This document shows positions 27,181 to 40,712 of a DNA stretch of 64,000 bases, in pieces. The translations under genes and the position numbers were made by a program. Every line of letters begins with the position of its first letter. Within the stretch, counting starts at the first letter, position 1. Source of the stretch: Cetorhinus maximus (Eukaryota); contig NC_135890.1 of assembly GCF_964194155.1 (NCBI RefSeq), positions 44,640,001 to 44,704,000 on the forward strand. The letters are read 5' to 3'. The notes below the pieces were generated by a model. The model did no database searches. It saw nothing but the letters and a program-made list of their open reading frames with translations, and was not told the DNA's origin.

Positions 27181-28539
27181 TCATTAATTAGAATTATTTA
27201 TTTATTACTAATTGCCTACATGACAATCACGCATTGAAGTAATTCATCATGTAAGGTGCATTGAGATGTTTCAATGTTTAAAATGCCATTTAATACAAGT
27301 ATTATAGTTTAATATTAGTTTACAGATGAGGAAGACTATTCAGGCCATCTTGGCCTCCTGAAGCAGACAAAGGTGGGAATGGAAGCCAGCAGCTGCTGAG
27401 GTGGCCAGGTTAGAAGGTCCATCTCGGTTCGCTGAGACATCGGCCCTGGTCTGCAGATGAGTGTGCGGCCCCCTAACCCTCAGGCACCCTGCGCTCTCCA
27501 CACCCCTCCATATCCTCCCATGCCTGCCAGTCCCCCTTCACCTCCCCATGCCCAATTACTCATTATCCACTATGTACAGAACTCTTTTGGCCTATAATAA
27601 CATTAGGAAGTCTTTGAGGAACTCATGAAATTGTCAAGATAAATAAGCACTAATTCAAAAATTACTTCAAAAACATAATATTCTTAAGTGGTCATAAAGC
27701 TGTCAAGTTAAAGAGACCCAATCTCTTTGACAGCTGTGTTAGCAACCCTGCTGAGCTGAATCTACTAGTGGGTTTGGAGTTTAGCCAAGCACACTTAATG
27801 GGATTACTTTGCTGTATAAACAAAACCTGCAGAGTTGAATACATTAAATCCTCAATAAATTAAATTACAGGGAACAAATGGCACAGTGAAACCTGAATAT
27901 TGATATTGTTCAATGCAGAAGAGCACTTTATCCATTGGATAATGTACTCTAATGCATCTGAACACATTTCCACTTTCACATTGCTGGTCAATTTAATGGT
28001 CATGTTTTAAGATCAAAGCCCTATCATCAACCACTGAATTTTAAAAACATATTTAATTTATTATAGAACATTACATTATGATATGTGAAGTTGTGAACAC
28101 CTTCTGAACTTACCTCCTAAAAGGTCCCTGGCTCCAGACTGGGGTTCCCTCATGGTTCATAATGCTTCTAAGCTGTTGTGAACCATGTTGTATTCAGATG
28201 CAGGCCCAGCTCCATGAAAATAATGTGGTCTAAAATGTCAACACCCGCAGTGGAGCCGGCAATGTTAGGACAGTTGCGTGCAGACTCATACCACAGCTCC
28301 CTTTCCTGCACCTATCAAAATAGCTGGTGATGGGAATGGGGGTAGGACCTCTGCAGGTGTGACCCACACGCCTGTAATTCCACCAACCTGACATCAGTTT
28401 GCCCTGCATTAGGACAGAAAAATCATGCGCCAAGACTCTCAAGTTTCTTTTGCCTTCATCCTTTGGCTATTGATCATCATTCATGGAATACATGTGTTTA
28501 TTTTTTAATTTCTGTGTGCAGTATTTTGTATTTGTCTAC

Positions 28540-30238
28540 ATTCAATCTACATATAGACTGGGCAAATCAAATTAGCAATAATACTGTGATGAATGAATTC
28601 CTGGAGCGTGTACAAGATGGTTTTTTTTGGACCAGTATGTTGAGGAACCGACTAGAGAACAGGCTATCCTGGATTGGTATTGTGCAATGAGAAGAGGTTA
28701 ATTAATAACTTTGCTGTGCGGGTCCTTTAGGCAACAGTGACCATAACATGATAGAGTTCTTCATTAGGATGAAAAGTGAAGTAGTCCAATTTGAAACTAG
28801 GCTCCTAAACCTAAACAAAGAAAACTATGAAGGAATTAGGGCTACGATAGATTGGGGAACTTCATTAAAAGGCATGACAGTGGATAGGCAATGGCTGATA
28901 TTTAAGGAGTGAATGCAGGCATTGCACCAATTATATATTCCTGTCTGGCGCAAAAATACAGCAGCAAAAGCGGACAACCATAGGTAACAAAAGAAATAAG
29001 GAGAGTATTAGATCCAGACAGGAGTCATATAAAGTTTTGTAAATAATGGAGAACCAGTGGATGTGGTATATTTGGATTTTCAGAAAGCTTTTGATAAAGT
29101 CCTACATAAGAGGTTAGTGTGCAAAATGAAAGCACATAGGATTGGGGTAAAATATTGGCATGGATTGAGAATTGGTCAGCAGACAGGAAACAGAGTAGGA
29201 ATAAATGGGCCTTTCGGAGTGGCAGACGGTAACTAGTGGGGTATCACAGGGACAAGGCTTAGGCCCTGGCTATTCACAATATATATCAATGATTTTGATA
29301 TGTAATATTTCCAAGTTTGCTGATGACACAAAACTAGGTGGAAATGTGAGTGGTATGGAGGATGTTAAGAGGCTTCAAGATGATTAGACATGTTGATTGA
29401 GTGGGCCAATACATGATAGATGTGCTATGACATGGATAAGTGTGAAGTTGTCTTCTTCAGTAGGAAAAAACAGAATGGCAGAGTATTATTTAAATGGTGA
29501 TAGTTTGGGAAATGTTGATGTACAAAGGGACCTGGGTGTCCTTGAACACCAGCCACTGAAGGCAAGCATGCAGGTACAGCAAGCAGTTAGGAAAGTAAAT
29601 GGTATGCTGGCCATCATTGCAAGAGGATTTGGGTACTGGAGCAAGGATATCTGACTGCAGCTGTACGAGACCGCATCTGGAGTATTGTGTACAGTTTTGG
29701 TCTCCTTACCTGAGAATGGATATAGTTGCCATGGTGGGAGTGCAGTGAAGGTTTACCAGACTCATTCCTCAGATGGCAGTATTGTTATATGAGGAGAGAT
29801 TGGATTGGCTGGGCCTCTATTCACTGAGTTTAGAAGAATGAGAGGGGATCACATTGAAAGGTATATAATTCTGACAGAGCTGGACAGACTGGATGCAGGG
29901 ATGATGTTTCCCCTGACTAGGCTATCTAGAACAAGGGGTCACAGTCTCAGGATACAGGGTAGGCCATTTAGAATTGAGATGAGAAGAACTATCTTCACTC
30001 ACAGGATGATGAACCTCTGGAAGTCTCGACCACGGAAGGTTGTGGAGGCCAAGTCACTGACTATATTTAAGAAGGAAATAGATAAATAGATTTCTAAACA
30101 CTAAAGGAGTCAAGGGGGATAGGGAGAGAGCGGGAGTATGGCATTGAGATAGAGAATCAGCCATGGTCATATTGAATGGCGGAGAAGGCTTGAAGGGCTG
30201 AATGGCCCACTCCCGCTCCTATTTTCTATGTTTTTATA
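28540..30238 (+). mobile_element. CR1 LINE ORF2 copy with a large internal deletion near 29035 and a 3' tail
   Basis: Endonuclease C-terminal part joined to RT (SKFADDTKLGG); colinear with 58770-61435 apart from the deletion. Confidence 0.9.
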
Positions 30239-30585
30239 ACTCCTTTAACAGGTACTCTGTGTTCTGCCCTTCAGCTAATTTCTGATTCAACCTCAGGGTT
30301 TACCTCAAATCCTTCATGCTCTCGGCTTAATAACCTTTCGTGTGAAGCTTTGTCAAATGCCTTTTGTAAATCTGGAAACACTCTGCCTTAAGGGTTCCCA
30401 CAGTTACAGGAATGTTATTTTCCTGAAGCTGTCAAGGAGGATTATGCAGGCAGGATAATCTCCCTCCCTGAATCTACATTGACTGTTTACCAGATTATTA
30501 TTGTACAGATAATCTTTGTTCACTCCTGATAATTGAATGCTTTTTTTAAGAGAAAAGGAAGTAAGACTAACGAATCTGTAATAGG

Positions 30586-30750
30586 AACAGAAATACCTGG
30601 AAAAACTCAGCAGGTCTGGCAGCATCGGCGGAGAAGAACAAAGTTGACGTTTCGAGTTTGTTCTTCTCCGCCGATGCTGCCAGACCTGCTGAGTTTTTCC
30701 AGGTATTTCTGTTTTTGTTTTGGATTTCCAGCATCCGCAGTATTTTGGTT
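30586..30750 (+). mobile_element. Young Penelope-derived palindromic element
   Basis: 14-bp TSD GAATCTGTAATAGG (30572-30585 and 30751-30764). Arms of ~57 bp. The loop holds a partial hammerhead (CTCGAAACGTC-AAC on the minus strand). Confidence 0.9.
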
Positions 30751-30894
30751 GAATCTGTAATAGGTACTTGTGCCTATTTTCTCCTTTCATGTTAGCCTGA
30801 CTTTAATCAATGGCACCTTACCTGTGTCCGGTGACTCACCCACAATGATTTAATATTTCTCAACACTTCCCAATCTCCCCCAACACACATCTTG

Positions 30895-32530
30895 GCTTTC
30901 TCCAGAGGTCCCAGCATCACAGAAGCCAGTCTTCAGCCAATTCGATTCACTTCACTTGATATCAAAAAATGGCTGAAGGCACGGGGTACTACAAAGGCAG
31001 TGGGCCCTGACAATATTCCAGCAATGGTACTGAAGACTTGTGCTCCAGAACTTGCCACACCCCTAGCCAAACTGTTGCAGTACAGCTAAAGCACTGGCAT
31101 CTACCCAGCAATGTGGAAAATTGCCCAGATATGTCCTGTACACAAGAAGTAGGATAATTCCAATCCAGCCAATTACCACCCCATCGGTCTACTCTCAATC
31201 ATCAGTAAAATGGTGGAAAGGGTCATCAACAGAATATCAAATGGCACTTGCTTAGCAATAACCTGGTTACTGACGCTCAGTTTGGGTTCCGCCATAGCCA
31301 CTCCACTCCTGACCTCATTACCAGCCTTGATTCAAACATGGACAAAAGAGCTAAACTCCAGAGGTGAGGTGAAAGTAACTGCCCTTGACATCAAGGCTGC
31401 ATTTGACCGAATGTGGCATCAAGGAGCCCTAGCAAAACTGGATTGAGTGGGAATCGGGGAAATATCTCCACTGGCTGGAGGCATACCTAGTACAAAGGAA
31501 GATGGTTGTGGTCGTTGGAGGTCAATCATCTCAGCTCCAGGACATCACTGCAGGAATTCCTCAGGGTAGTGTCCTAGGTCCAACCATCTTCAGCTGCTTC
31601 ATCAATGACCTTCCTACCATCAAGGTCAGAAGTGGGGATGTTCGCTGATGATTGCACCATATTCAGCACATTCGCACTGCCTCAGATGCTGAAGCAGTCC
31701 ATGTCCGAATGCAGCAAGACCTGGACAGTACCCAGGCTTGGGCTGACAAGTGGCAAGTATCATTCATGCCGCACAAGTGCCAGGCACTGACCATCTCCAA
31801 CAAGGGAGAATCTATCCATTGCCCCTTGACATTTAATGGCATTACCATCACTGAATCCCCCACTATCAACATCCTGGGGGTTACCATTGACCAGAAACTG
31901 AACTGAATTAGCCATATAAATACTGTGACTACAAGAGCAGGTCAGAGGCTAGGAATCCTGCAGTGAGTAACTTGCCTCCTGAAGACCCAAAGCCTATCCA
32001 CAATCTACAAGGCGTAAGTCAGTTGTGTTTTAGAATGCTCTCCGCTTGCCTGGATGAGTGCAGCCGCAACAACACTCAAGAAGCTTGACACCAACCAGGA
32101 CAAAGCAGCTCGCTTGATTGGCACCCCATCCACAAACATTGACTCCCTCCACCTCCGACGCACAGCAGCAGTGTGTACCATCTACAAGATACACTGCAGA
32201 AACTCACTAAGGCTCCTTAGAAAGCACCCTCCAAACCCACAACCACTACCGTCTAGAAGGACAAGGGCAGCAGACGCATGGGAACACCACCACCTGGAAG
32301 TTCCCCTCCAAGTCACTCTCATCTTAACTTGGAAATATATCGCTGTTCCTTCACTGTCGCTGGGTCAAATTCTTGGAACTCCCTCCCTAACAGCACTGTG
32401 GGTTTACCTTCACTTCAAGGATGACAGCAGTTCAAGAAGGCAGCTCAGCACCACTTTCCCAAGGGCAATTTGGGATGAGCAATAAATGCTGGCCAAGCCA
32501 GTGAAGCCCACATCCTTTGACTGAAAAAAA
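30895..32530 (+). mobile_element. 5'-truncated CR1-group LINE, family B
   Basis: RT motifs KAVGPDNIP, ALDIKAAFDRMWHQG, PQGSVLGP and MFADDC, with stops and frameshifts. Confidence 0.9.
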
Positions 32531-32554
32531 AAACACATCCCATTTATCTCTCAA

Positions 32555-32680
32555 CTTTGATGAAGAGTCACCAGTCTGACTTTGTTTCTCTCTCCCCAGA
32601 TGCTGCCTGACCAGTTTAATATTTCCAGCATTCCCTTTTTTAATTTTGGATTTCCAGCATCTGCAGTACTTTGCTTTTGC
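32555..32680 (+). mobile_element. Decayed Penelope-derived short element
   Basis: tgatgaagagtca...agatgctgcctgacc...ggatttccagcatctgcagt. Confidence 0.7.
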
Positions 32681-34989
32681 ACACTTCCATAATTGTTAGG
32701 CTGTAAAGTGCTTTGATGTTGTCAAATGTGCTATATAAATGCAATTCCTTTCTTCAAAGGGATTGGTACTACTTGTTAATAGATGCTGATTCATGCATTA
32801 CCATTTGCACATGGTGAATTTAATCAAATTATCTGCTGTTGCTTTGTTTAATGATTGTAATTATTTTGTCATAGCTGGTGGTATAAGGTGGTATAATCAT
32901 TATGACTTTGTTTAATAATTTTCTGAATAAAAACACAACCCCCTATAGTTTCCCAGCTATGCAACAAATGTAGATGAGGGAATTTACAGACAATCTGTTC
33001 CCAGACCTCTGTCAATGTCGCTATGAGGCAGTAGATGGGAAGTATGGAAAAGCAATGTGGAATTGTCTGTTCCGATTTCTCCTCCTCTCCCTCCTTCACA
33101 GAGGAACCTTTACTTTCTGCTTGATGTTATTTCATTGGTTAATAGGAACTTAGAAATTAGAGTTTGGGATTGCTAACAGAAGGCAAACTGTGTTTTATTG
33201 CACATTGTTGCTCAAAGGTTCAGCACTAAAGTGACACCCCAATAAAGAATGTTTAAACATATGTAGACAATGGGACCTGTTTCCTCACTGGTGATACCAT
33301 TTTTACTATTAATAAATTAACTGTGACTCTGCACAGTTGCCCAGCAGCTGTTTGGCCCAGTTTCCCAGTCTGAATGTGGTAAAGTCACAGATGCTGTAGT
33401 TTAATGTTGTTTCTCTTTTATATAACAATGGTCTAAGGGGAGTGATTTGAGAGACCACTACCTGAACAATTGAAACATTGCTTCCTTAGGAAAAAATATA
33501 CATCTGAAGAATGTATCTATTTCATCTACATAATTCTAGGTTTATATATGACACAACTCATTTGGCCTGTGGAAGAGGAGATCAAAGGTGCACTTGCATT
33601 TCTCTGGAATACTCTATATTATTGGTCAGGGGCAGGAGAAAACTCAAATCCTTAACCTTTCTCTTACTTCCCATAATCAGTGTGTTTTTGGAAAGGAAGG
33701 TGGTTATGTTTCTCAGCCTCTGAGTGCATGGCCAATTTTTAAGTAATCAGCAGCAAGTTTGTGTGAGTTTAAATAAAGAGGATTCTTTATTCAAGCATTC
33801 ACCCTGAAAGTCTAAATGCTACAGAAGAATAGTTCATAGTTCATGTGTTTGGTTTGTTGTAGGAAAAGCAATGCCCAGTGAATGTGGTGTCTTCAGTCCA
33901 AAAGGATAGTTTCAATTGCTGGAGCTGTATGTCAGGATTATTGCAGGATCCCTTTGAAGAGATGGAGGTTCAGCAGGTCACGAAGTTGGTAACCTGTAGT
34001 TTTTCTTGCTAGGAGGTCAAGTTTCTGTACTTGTGGACTTTGAAAAGTAACAGCTGTGAGATATTTAAGATATTACAGTCTCCAGGTTTTTAAAGGCGTA
34101 GATTGTATTACATTTTTCCTCAGATGCTGTTTCTTGCTGCGTTCTCTGCAGAATGACCAGTTTTTCTCTGGTTCTTGGGATAAAAAAATTTGTGATCCAA
34201 AGACAGTTTTGGTTACACGATCAACTGCTATTGTCTACCCAGAATGGTTTAAAGCTATGAGTCATTGCTATGCAATGGAGAATGGATGGGGGTTGTAGGG
34301 TGGCGTGTTCTGTTCACATCCACTTTGGATAAGCTGGCTTCTGTAGCTTAAGTTTTTCAAACTTGGAGGCACGGAGTCTGAAAGTCCATTGTTTTTGAGT
34401 TTTGGGCAAACCACAAACAATAGCAGGTGTAAATTCCACAGATGGATTCCGTCTGGATATGTCCATTCAAGGGGGGAGGCCCCCACCAAGGGTTATTCAG
34501 TTATGGATTTTCCAGAGATTTGAGGTAGTTATATGCAGAAATTGCAAAAGTCACCTGACAGACAGCCGTCTTAGCCACCTTGTTGGTGTCCATTTTTAAA
34601 TAAAAGACAGTTCCAGAAAATTATAGACTGAATGCAGTCACTGGGCATGACGCCCAGCTTGAGACTATTTTACTTTGCATCCATGCTATACTTGTAGCAT
34701 AAAAGCAGCCTCCATTCAAAATCTGAGCTTGATCTGAAACTGAAGCAATTGAAGCACCCAAAGTATTTTTTAACATCCTAATGGCTGTCATTGTGTTTCA
34801 ATAATTAAGTTATTTCTGTCTGAAATTGAAAGATATGTGCAAATGGTTTCCAAGGATTCTGCATTGGCGCCATCCTTATTACTTTAGCATAAATAATTTG
34901 CACTTTACAATTGAGTAAGTAATATCAAAATCTGCTCTTGTCTCTAAATTGGGGTTTATGGTGAATTGTGGCTTGGGTTGTGAAAGACT

Positions 34990-35420
34990 AGGACATTGCT
35001 CGGCTGACAGGATGGTCATATAGGTGGCAGATGCTGAAAAATCTGAAGGAATAGCTTTTGGATGAAAGGCTAGGACATGTTTTTACACTTTAAATGGTAA
35101 TATTTTCAACGGAGGAGAGGGATTTTGGTGTGCAGATCTATTGTCATTAAAGGTGGCAGCATATATTGACGAGGCTATTAAAGAAGACAATTAGAGCTTT
35201 TAGTTTTCTATCTGGAAGCATGGAATACTAGGGCTAGTGTTGAATCTGTGCAAAGCATTTAGTTAGGCCTTTGTTGGATCTTTATGTGCAGCTTTGGCCA
35301 CTTCATTTGTAGAGGAGGATTCCAATGAATGAAACAGATAGTGGTTTCACTAGAGATGAGGTGAAGAAACATTTGAGAAATTAAGGCTTTTTCATTGGAG
35401 TGAGAACATTAAGGTTAAGG
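34990..35420 (+). mobile_element. Highly decayed CR1 ORF2 fragment
   Basis: Residual similarity to 20540-21000 (ggtggcagatg, aaggtggcag, gttaggcc). Confidence 0.5.
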
Positions 35421-35434
35421 AGTCACTAAGATCC

Positions 35435-36965
35435 TCTCTGCCCTGACCCTGAGATCACATCTTCCTCTAGCTTCTTTCCTATCTCCCTTCATGCCCATTC
35501 TGAACTCATCTTGTCCATAAGAGTCAATATCTGCTCGGTCGATCCTATTCCCACTTAATTGCTGACCATCCAGCTTCCCTTCCTGGCTCCCATGTTATTT
35601 GATATTGGATCTCTTTCTTCAGGTGTTTTTCCTCTTTCATTTTAAATCTGCTGTCATCGCCTCTGCCCTCAAAGGAGAACCTTGACCCCATCACCCTTAA
35701 AAATACTGCCCCACCACCAACCTCCTTTTCCTTCCCAAATCCATGCCAATCTTTCCCAGAACTCCATGTTTGAATCTCTCCAAACAGGTTTCTGCCTCTC
35801 TCATGGTACCAAAGTGGCTCTTATCAAAGTCACAAATGATATCCTATGTGACTGTGACAAAGGTAAACTACTCCATCTCATCCTTCTCCATCTGTCTGCA
35901 ATCATTGCCATGGTTGACCACACTATCCCCCTCCAACACATCACCTGCAATGGTTTCTCTTCTTGCTCCTACACTGTTACCTCTGGTGTCCCCCAAAGGT
36001 CTGCCCTTGGCCCCATCCTATCTCTCATCTACATGCTGCCATTGGCAATATCATCTTAGAACACAAGGTTAGTTTTCATGTGTATGCTGATGACACACAG
36101 CTCTATTTCACCATTATTTCTCAATTCCACCGCTGTTGCTAAATTATCAGGCTGTTTCTGATGTACTGGATGAGCATAATTTTCCTTCAATTAAATGTTG
36201 TCAAGATTAAAGCCATTGCTTTTGGTCCCCACTCTATACACTGTTCCATAGCTACCAATTCCATCCCTCTCCGTGGCAACTGTCTAAACCAGGCTGTTTG
36301 TAACCTTGGTATCAAGATGAACTTCTGGTCACATAATTGCACCATCACTAAGACTGCATATTTTCACCTTTGTAACAGCTCATGACTTTGCCCCTTCCCT
36401 AACTCATCAGCTGCTGAAATCTGATTCATGCCTTTGTTACCTCTAGACTTGACTATTCCAAAGCACTGCTGGCTGAGCTCCCACATTCTACTCTCCATAA
36501 CATTGAAGTCATCCAAAACTGCTGCTCATTGACTTAACTTGTACCATGTCCCATTCCTCTATCACCCTTGTGCTCGCTGACCTATATTTGCTCCCAGTCA
36601 AGTAAGGTCTTGATTTTAAAATTCATCCTTGTTTTCAAGTCCCTCTATGGCCTTGGTCCTCTCTACCTCTGTAATCTCCCCAGCCCCAGCCCTTCAAGAT
36701 ATCTTCATGCACTTAACTCTGGTCTCTTGTGCATCCCTGATTTTAATTACTTCACCTCTGATGGCTGTGCCTTAAGCTGTCTAGAACCTAAACTCTGGAA
36801 TGCCCTCCTAAACCTCTCTGTCTCTACCTTACTTTCCTCCCTAAAGACACTCCTTAAAACATACCATTTTGATCAAGCTTTTGGTCATCTGCCCTAATGT
36901 CTTCTTATGTGGCTCGATGTCACATTTTGTTTTTTGGTGATACAGTGAAGTGCCTGGAGACATAC
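35435..36965 (+). mobile_element. L2-clade LINE 3' half
   Basis: FESLQTGF, ALIKVTNDI, SGVPQRSALGP, YADDTQLY (36083-36106), HAFVTSRLDY. Confidence 0.88.
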
Positions 36966-38559
36966 ATTTGTTGTATAGAAATAGATTGTCTCACTGACCT
37001 GCAGGTGAGAGAGAAATTTAAGATAATTACAAAAAACTTAAGAGAAGACTTGAAAAAAACTTTGCACAGAGGGTGGCTAAAATGTGGAATTCTCAGCCAT
37101 AAATGGTAACAAATTCTTAGCTTCTTGAAAATGAGTATTATTGAAAAGCAGAGTGGAGATTTGACTAGCTGCGGAATGTTTTCATCTCTACCAGCTGAGC
37201 GTTAAACAGCACCTGGGCAGCAGCAAAATCAGATGAGAAGTAGTTGGGAGGTGAGGGGAGGGGTGGTAAATAGTGGGGGCCAGTTAGGAGGGTGTGGAAG
37301 CTGACGGGAAGGGAAGGCGGCCAACTGAGAGCCAGCAGTGGTCTTCAGTACTCCAGCTCCTCCATTCTCCACATTCAGGTGAGTAAATTATTTTTAAGCA
37401 ATGTTGCCATTTTGGTGGTGGCTTGTTGCATTTCCTTTAAGGGCTGTGTTGGCTGCCTTCAGGATGGACCAATTTTGCAAAAATTGTGGGGGTGGAGATA
37501 GTGCGGTTCAAACGGGCATTAGATCCTCATCTGCGCACAGAAAGGGCCTAACTTCTGTTTCAGGTGCAAGGCCTGGGCCCCTCTTTTTCTGTCCATATCA
37601 AGAAGGCAGGTGGTGGACTTCCAGCATGGAAACCTGGATAGAATCAAAGAGTTTGCTCCCCCAAACACTTGTAAAATAACCATAGAAGCATATCACTCAA
37701 ATTCTATTTAACTTAATTGGATCAGAAAAACGCAATGGACATATTCTCTCCCAGCACTTGGACATAAAGCATTGCATGAATGGAATGCATAAAGGATGAT
37801 CAGGAAGGCTGCATACCAGTAATGCAGTGGACACACTTTGCTATCTATTAGTTGAACTGGCTGGCATGATGGACTAGGCTGTGTGCGTGGTATCCTATAC
37901 GTGTTCAAACCATGCAATACTTTAAATCAAAGTGCTTTAGAGGAAAATCTGTCCATATGTATGTTACATGGCCTGACACCGCTGTAGTTATAAAACACAG
38001 TATCCTCTGACTCACTGTACGCAATCCCTTGGGAATCTAATAATACGGTAGAGAAAATTTACTGAGCTTTAATGTTGCATTTAGCTTCCGTTGATGCTGT
38101 CAATGGTAAGATCAAAATTTATTGGCTGGTCTGTAATTTGGATGAGGTGATGCTGAGGCTCATGTCAAGATGATTTAGTTGGCACTGTCGGAAGACAAGC
38201 AGTAAAGGGTTAAAATTCGAGGGGGATAAATAACTATCCCAGCCCCCACAATTTTTGCAAAATTGGTCCATCCTGAAGGCAGTTCCAAATGGTGGTCTTG
38301 CAGTGCTTTCACTGCATCTGCTAGGCAACGTCTTGATGTTGTCCATGTCCTAATGGGCAGGAAAATTGGTCTGAAGAACTAACATGCATAATCTAGATCA
38401 GTTGGCATCAATTAAGCCTGAGTAAATGATTTCTTTTCAATGGCTTTATGTGGTGCAGTTCTGGCATATCGAAGTCTAGAGTTAGTACTGAACCAGTGTT
38501 ATAGGTCTAATCATGGTATTACTGCCCTCAAATCAATGGTCCTCTCCATTTTAAAAAAA

Positions 38560-39012
38560 TTCATTTATGAGATTAGGGCTTCACTGGCTAGGCCAGCATT
38601 TATTGCCCATCCGTAATTGCCCTTGAGAAGGTGATGCTGAGCTGCCTTCTTGAGCCACCGTAGTCCCTGTGGTGTAGGTGCACCACAATGCTGTTAGGGA
38701 GGCAATTCTAGGATTTTGACCCAGCGACAGTGAAGGAATGGCGATATATATGATACAAGTCAGGACGATGATTGGCTTGGAGGGGCAATTCTAGGTGGTG
38801 GTGTTCCCATGTGTCTGCTGCCCCTGTCCTTCTAGCTGGTAGTGGTTGTGGGTTTGGAAGGTGCAGCTTAAGGAGCCTTGGTGAGTTTCTGCAGTGCATC
38901 TTGCAGATGGTACACACTGCTGTTACTGTGCGTCAGTAGTGGAGGTAGTAAATGTTTGTGGGAGGGGTGCCAATCAAGCGGGCTGCTTTGTCCTGGATGA
39001 TGTCAGGCTTCT
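38560..39012 (-). mobile_element. CR1-group LINE family B 3' fragment
   Basis: Reverse complement of 32090-32520. Confidence 0.85.
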
Positions 39013-39429
39013 TCCATTTCTATTTCAGCAATGCACCCCTGCATTTTACTTCTCTTCAAGTCTCAAGGAGATATCGTTTTGAACACACAGTTGTCAAAAT
39101 GGAGCAAAATACTCTGTATTTCTCGCCACAGATACTGTCGGATCTGCTGAGTATTTTCAACATTTTCTGCCTTTATTACAGTCAAACTGAACTCTAATTC
39201 TGAACTAGCTAGAGTTGCTTATAGAAATTTAACAAAACCAATAGCATATACCAATATACAAGTAAAGCAATAATGCCCAGATCTATTAATACAATACTTG
39301 TTTCCTGACTTGTGAATGTAGTAGGACTCTCTGCTAACAGTCTATAACACGTTCTAGCAGTTATTTCAGTTACCATTTACCTAATGCAAATTAGTTCTAA
39401 TGGTTGCTTGGTTGTACAGAATCTGAGTA

Positions 39430-40318
39430 TTGCTGAAAAAAAAAGACATGCTGTCGAAGCTTTTTGTCTTGCACTAATTAGGACAGATGCAAGAATACCA
39501 AATTTCAAAGGAACCAACAATTTTCACTGAGTAAAGGAGTGCTAATGGGCCAAAAGCCACCACTTTGCACCCTCAAAAGTATCCCGTCTACCTCAAATTA
39601 CCCTGGAAGGGTAAAGTATCTCAAAGATTTGAGCAACAGGTGAAGCTAGATGTTTCATGCTGCTACTATGCAGTGGCAACATGAGTGGTGTATTCCACTA
39701 ACTGGATGCTGCCGTCAAGCCAAAAAGACATTTCCGCCTATCATACAAATGAGTAATGTGATATATGAATGTCAGTGCTGGTGTGATGCCAGGTATGTGG
39801 GCTGTACGCTCCAACAATTGAGAGATCATATCAAACAGCACGTCCCTTTGCAATAGGCAGATTACTGACTGTACTCAACCAACCCAGGCTTGCAAAGTTC
39901 AGAACATAATAGCATTAGATGTGATTCCACGATTGGACAGCATTTGCTGAACAATCCTCAATGTGTTAAGAATTACATTAACAACCAATTTAAGATTATC
40001 AGATGGCTTTGCAATGTAGCTCACTTATGCTTGCTAGAAGCTACATATATTCGTATGCAGGGACCTGTCCTCTGCAGGCAAAAGGAATATGTCCAGACGT
40101 TGCACCTTTTTTTTTTGAATAAGCAAAAGCATGGGGGACAATAGCCCCCTAGTGCATTTCCCATGGCAATGTCTCGCCCAATCAGGGCTGAACAATCAGT
40201 ACCTCTTTTCTCGTGCAGTATAAATTATTGTTCCCTTTGAAATTGGGCATTCATCCATCCGCCCTCATAAGTGCAAGATGAAAGGCTTCAACTGCATGTC
40301 TTCTTTTTTAAGCAATTC
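39430..40318 (+). mobile_element. Penelope-like element 3' fragment: GIY-YIG endonuclease remnant plus inverted pseudo-LTR copies
   Basis: ORF 39650-39856 gives SNVIYECQCWCDARYVGCTLQQLRDHIKQH (GIY-YIG). ORF 39890-40144 gives STIGQHL...LLEATYI...PVLCRQK. 39430-39528 is the reverse complement of ~40215-40317. Confidence 0.88.
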
Positions 40319-40489
40319 TTTGTTTTAATGCTTTTGTAATTCACTTTGTCTCACAGGTCACAGCCTTAAATACTCACTGCCTGGAATATATATTATTGGC
40401 TTAATGCTTCTTTTGCTAGTAGCATTTCCTGGTTGGAAGATCCCCAGTTGGGTCTTGTTCATATCATTGAAACAAAGTCTTCCTGCTTT

Positions 40490-40640
40490 CCTCCCTCCCT
40501 AACAGCACCATGAGTGTACCTGCAACAGATGGACTGCTGCGATTCAAGAAGGTGGCACACCAGCACCTTCTCAAGGGCAGTCAGGGATGGGCAATAAATG
40601 CTGGACTTGCCAGTGATGTCCATATCTCATGAAAGAATAA
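40490..40640 (+). mobile_element. 3' tail of CR1-group LINE family B
   Basis: ctccctccctaacagcac...gggatgggcaataaatgctgg. Confidence 0.8.
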
Positions 40641-40712
40641 AAATAGACATGGAAATGTTTCTCGGGCAAGTATTCAAGTAGATTTTGAATTTGATAAATA
40701 AGTAGTGGGGCC

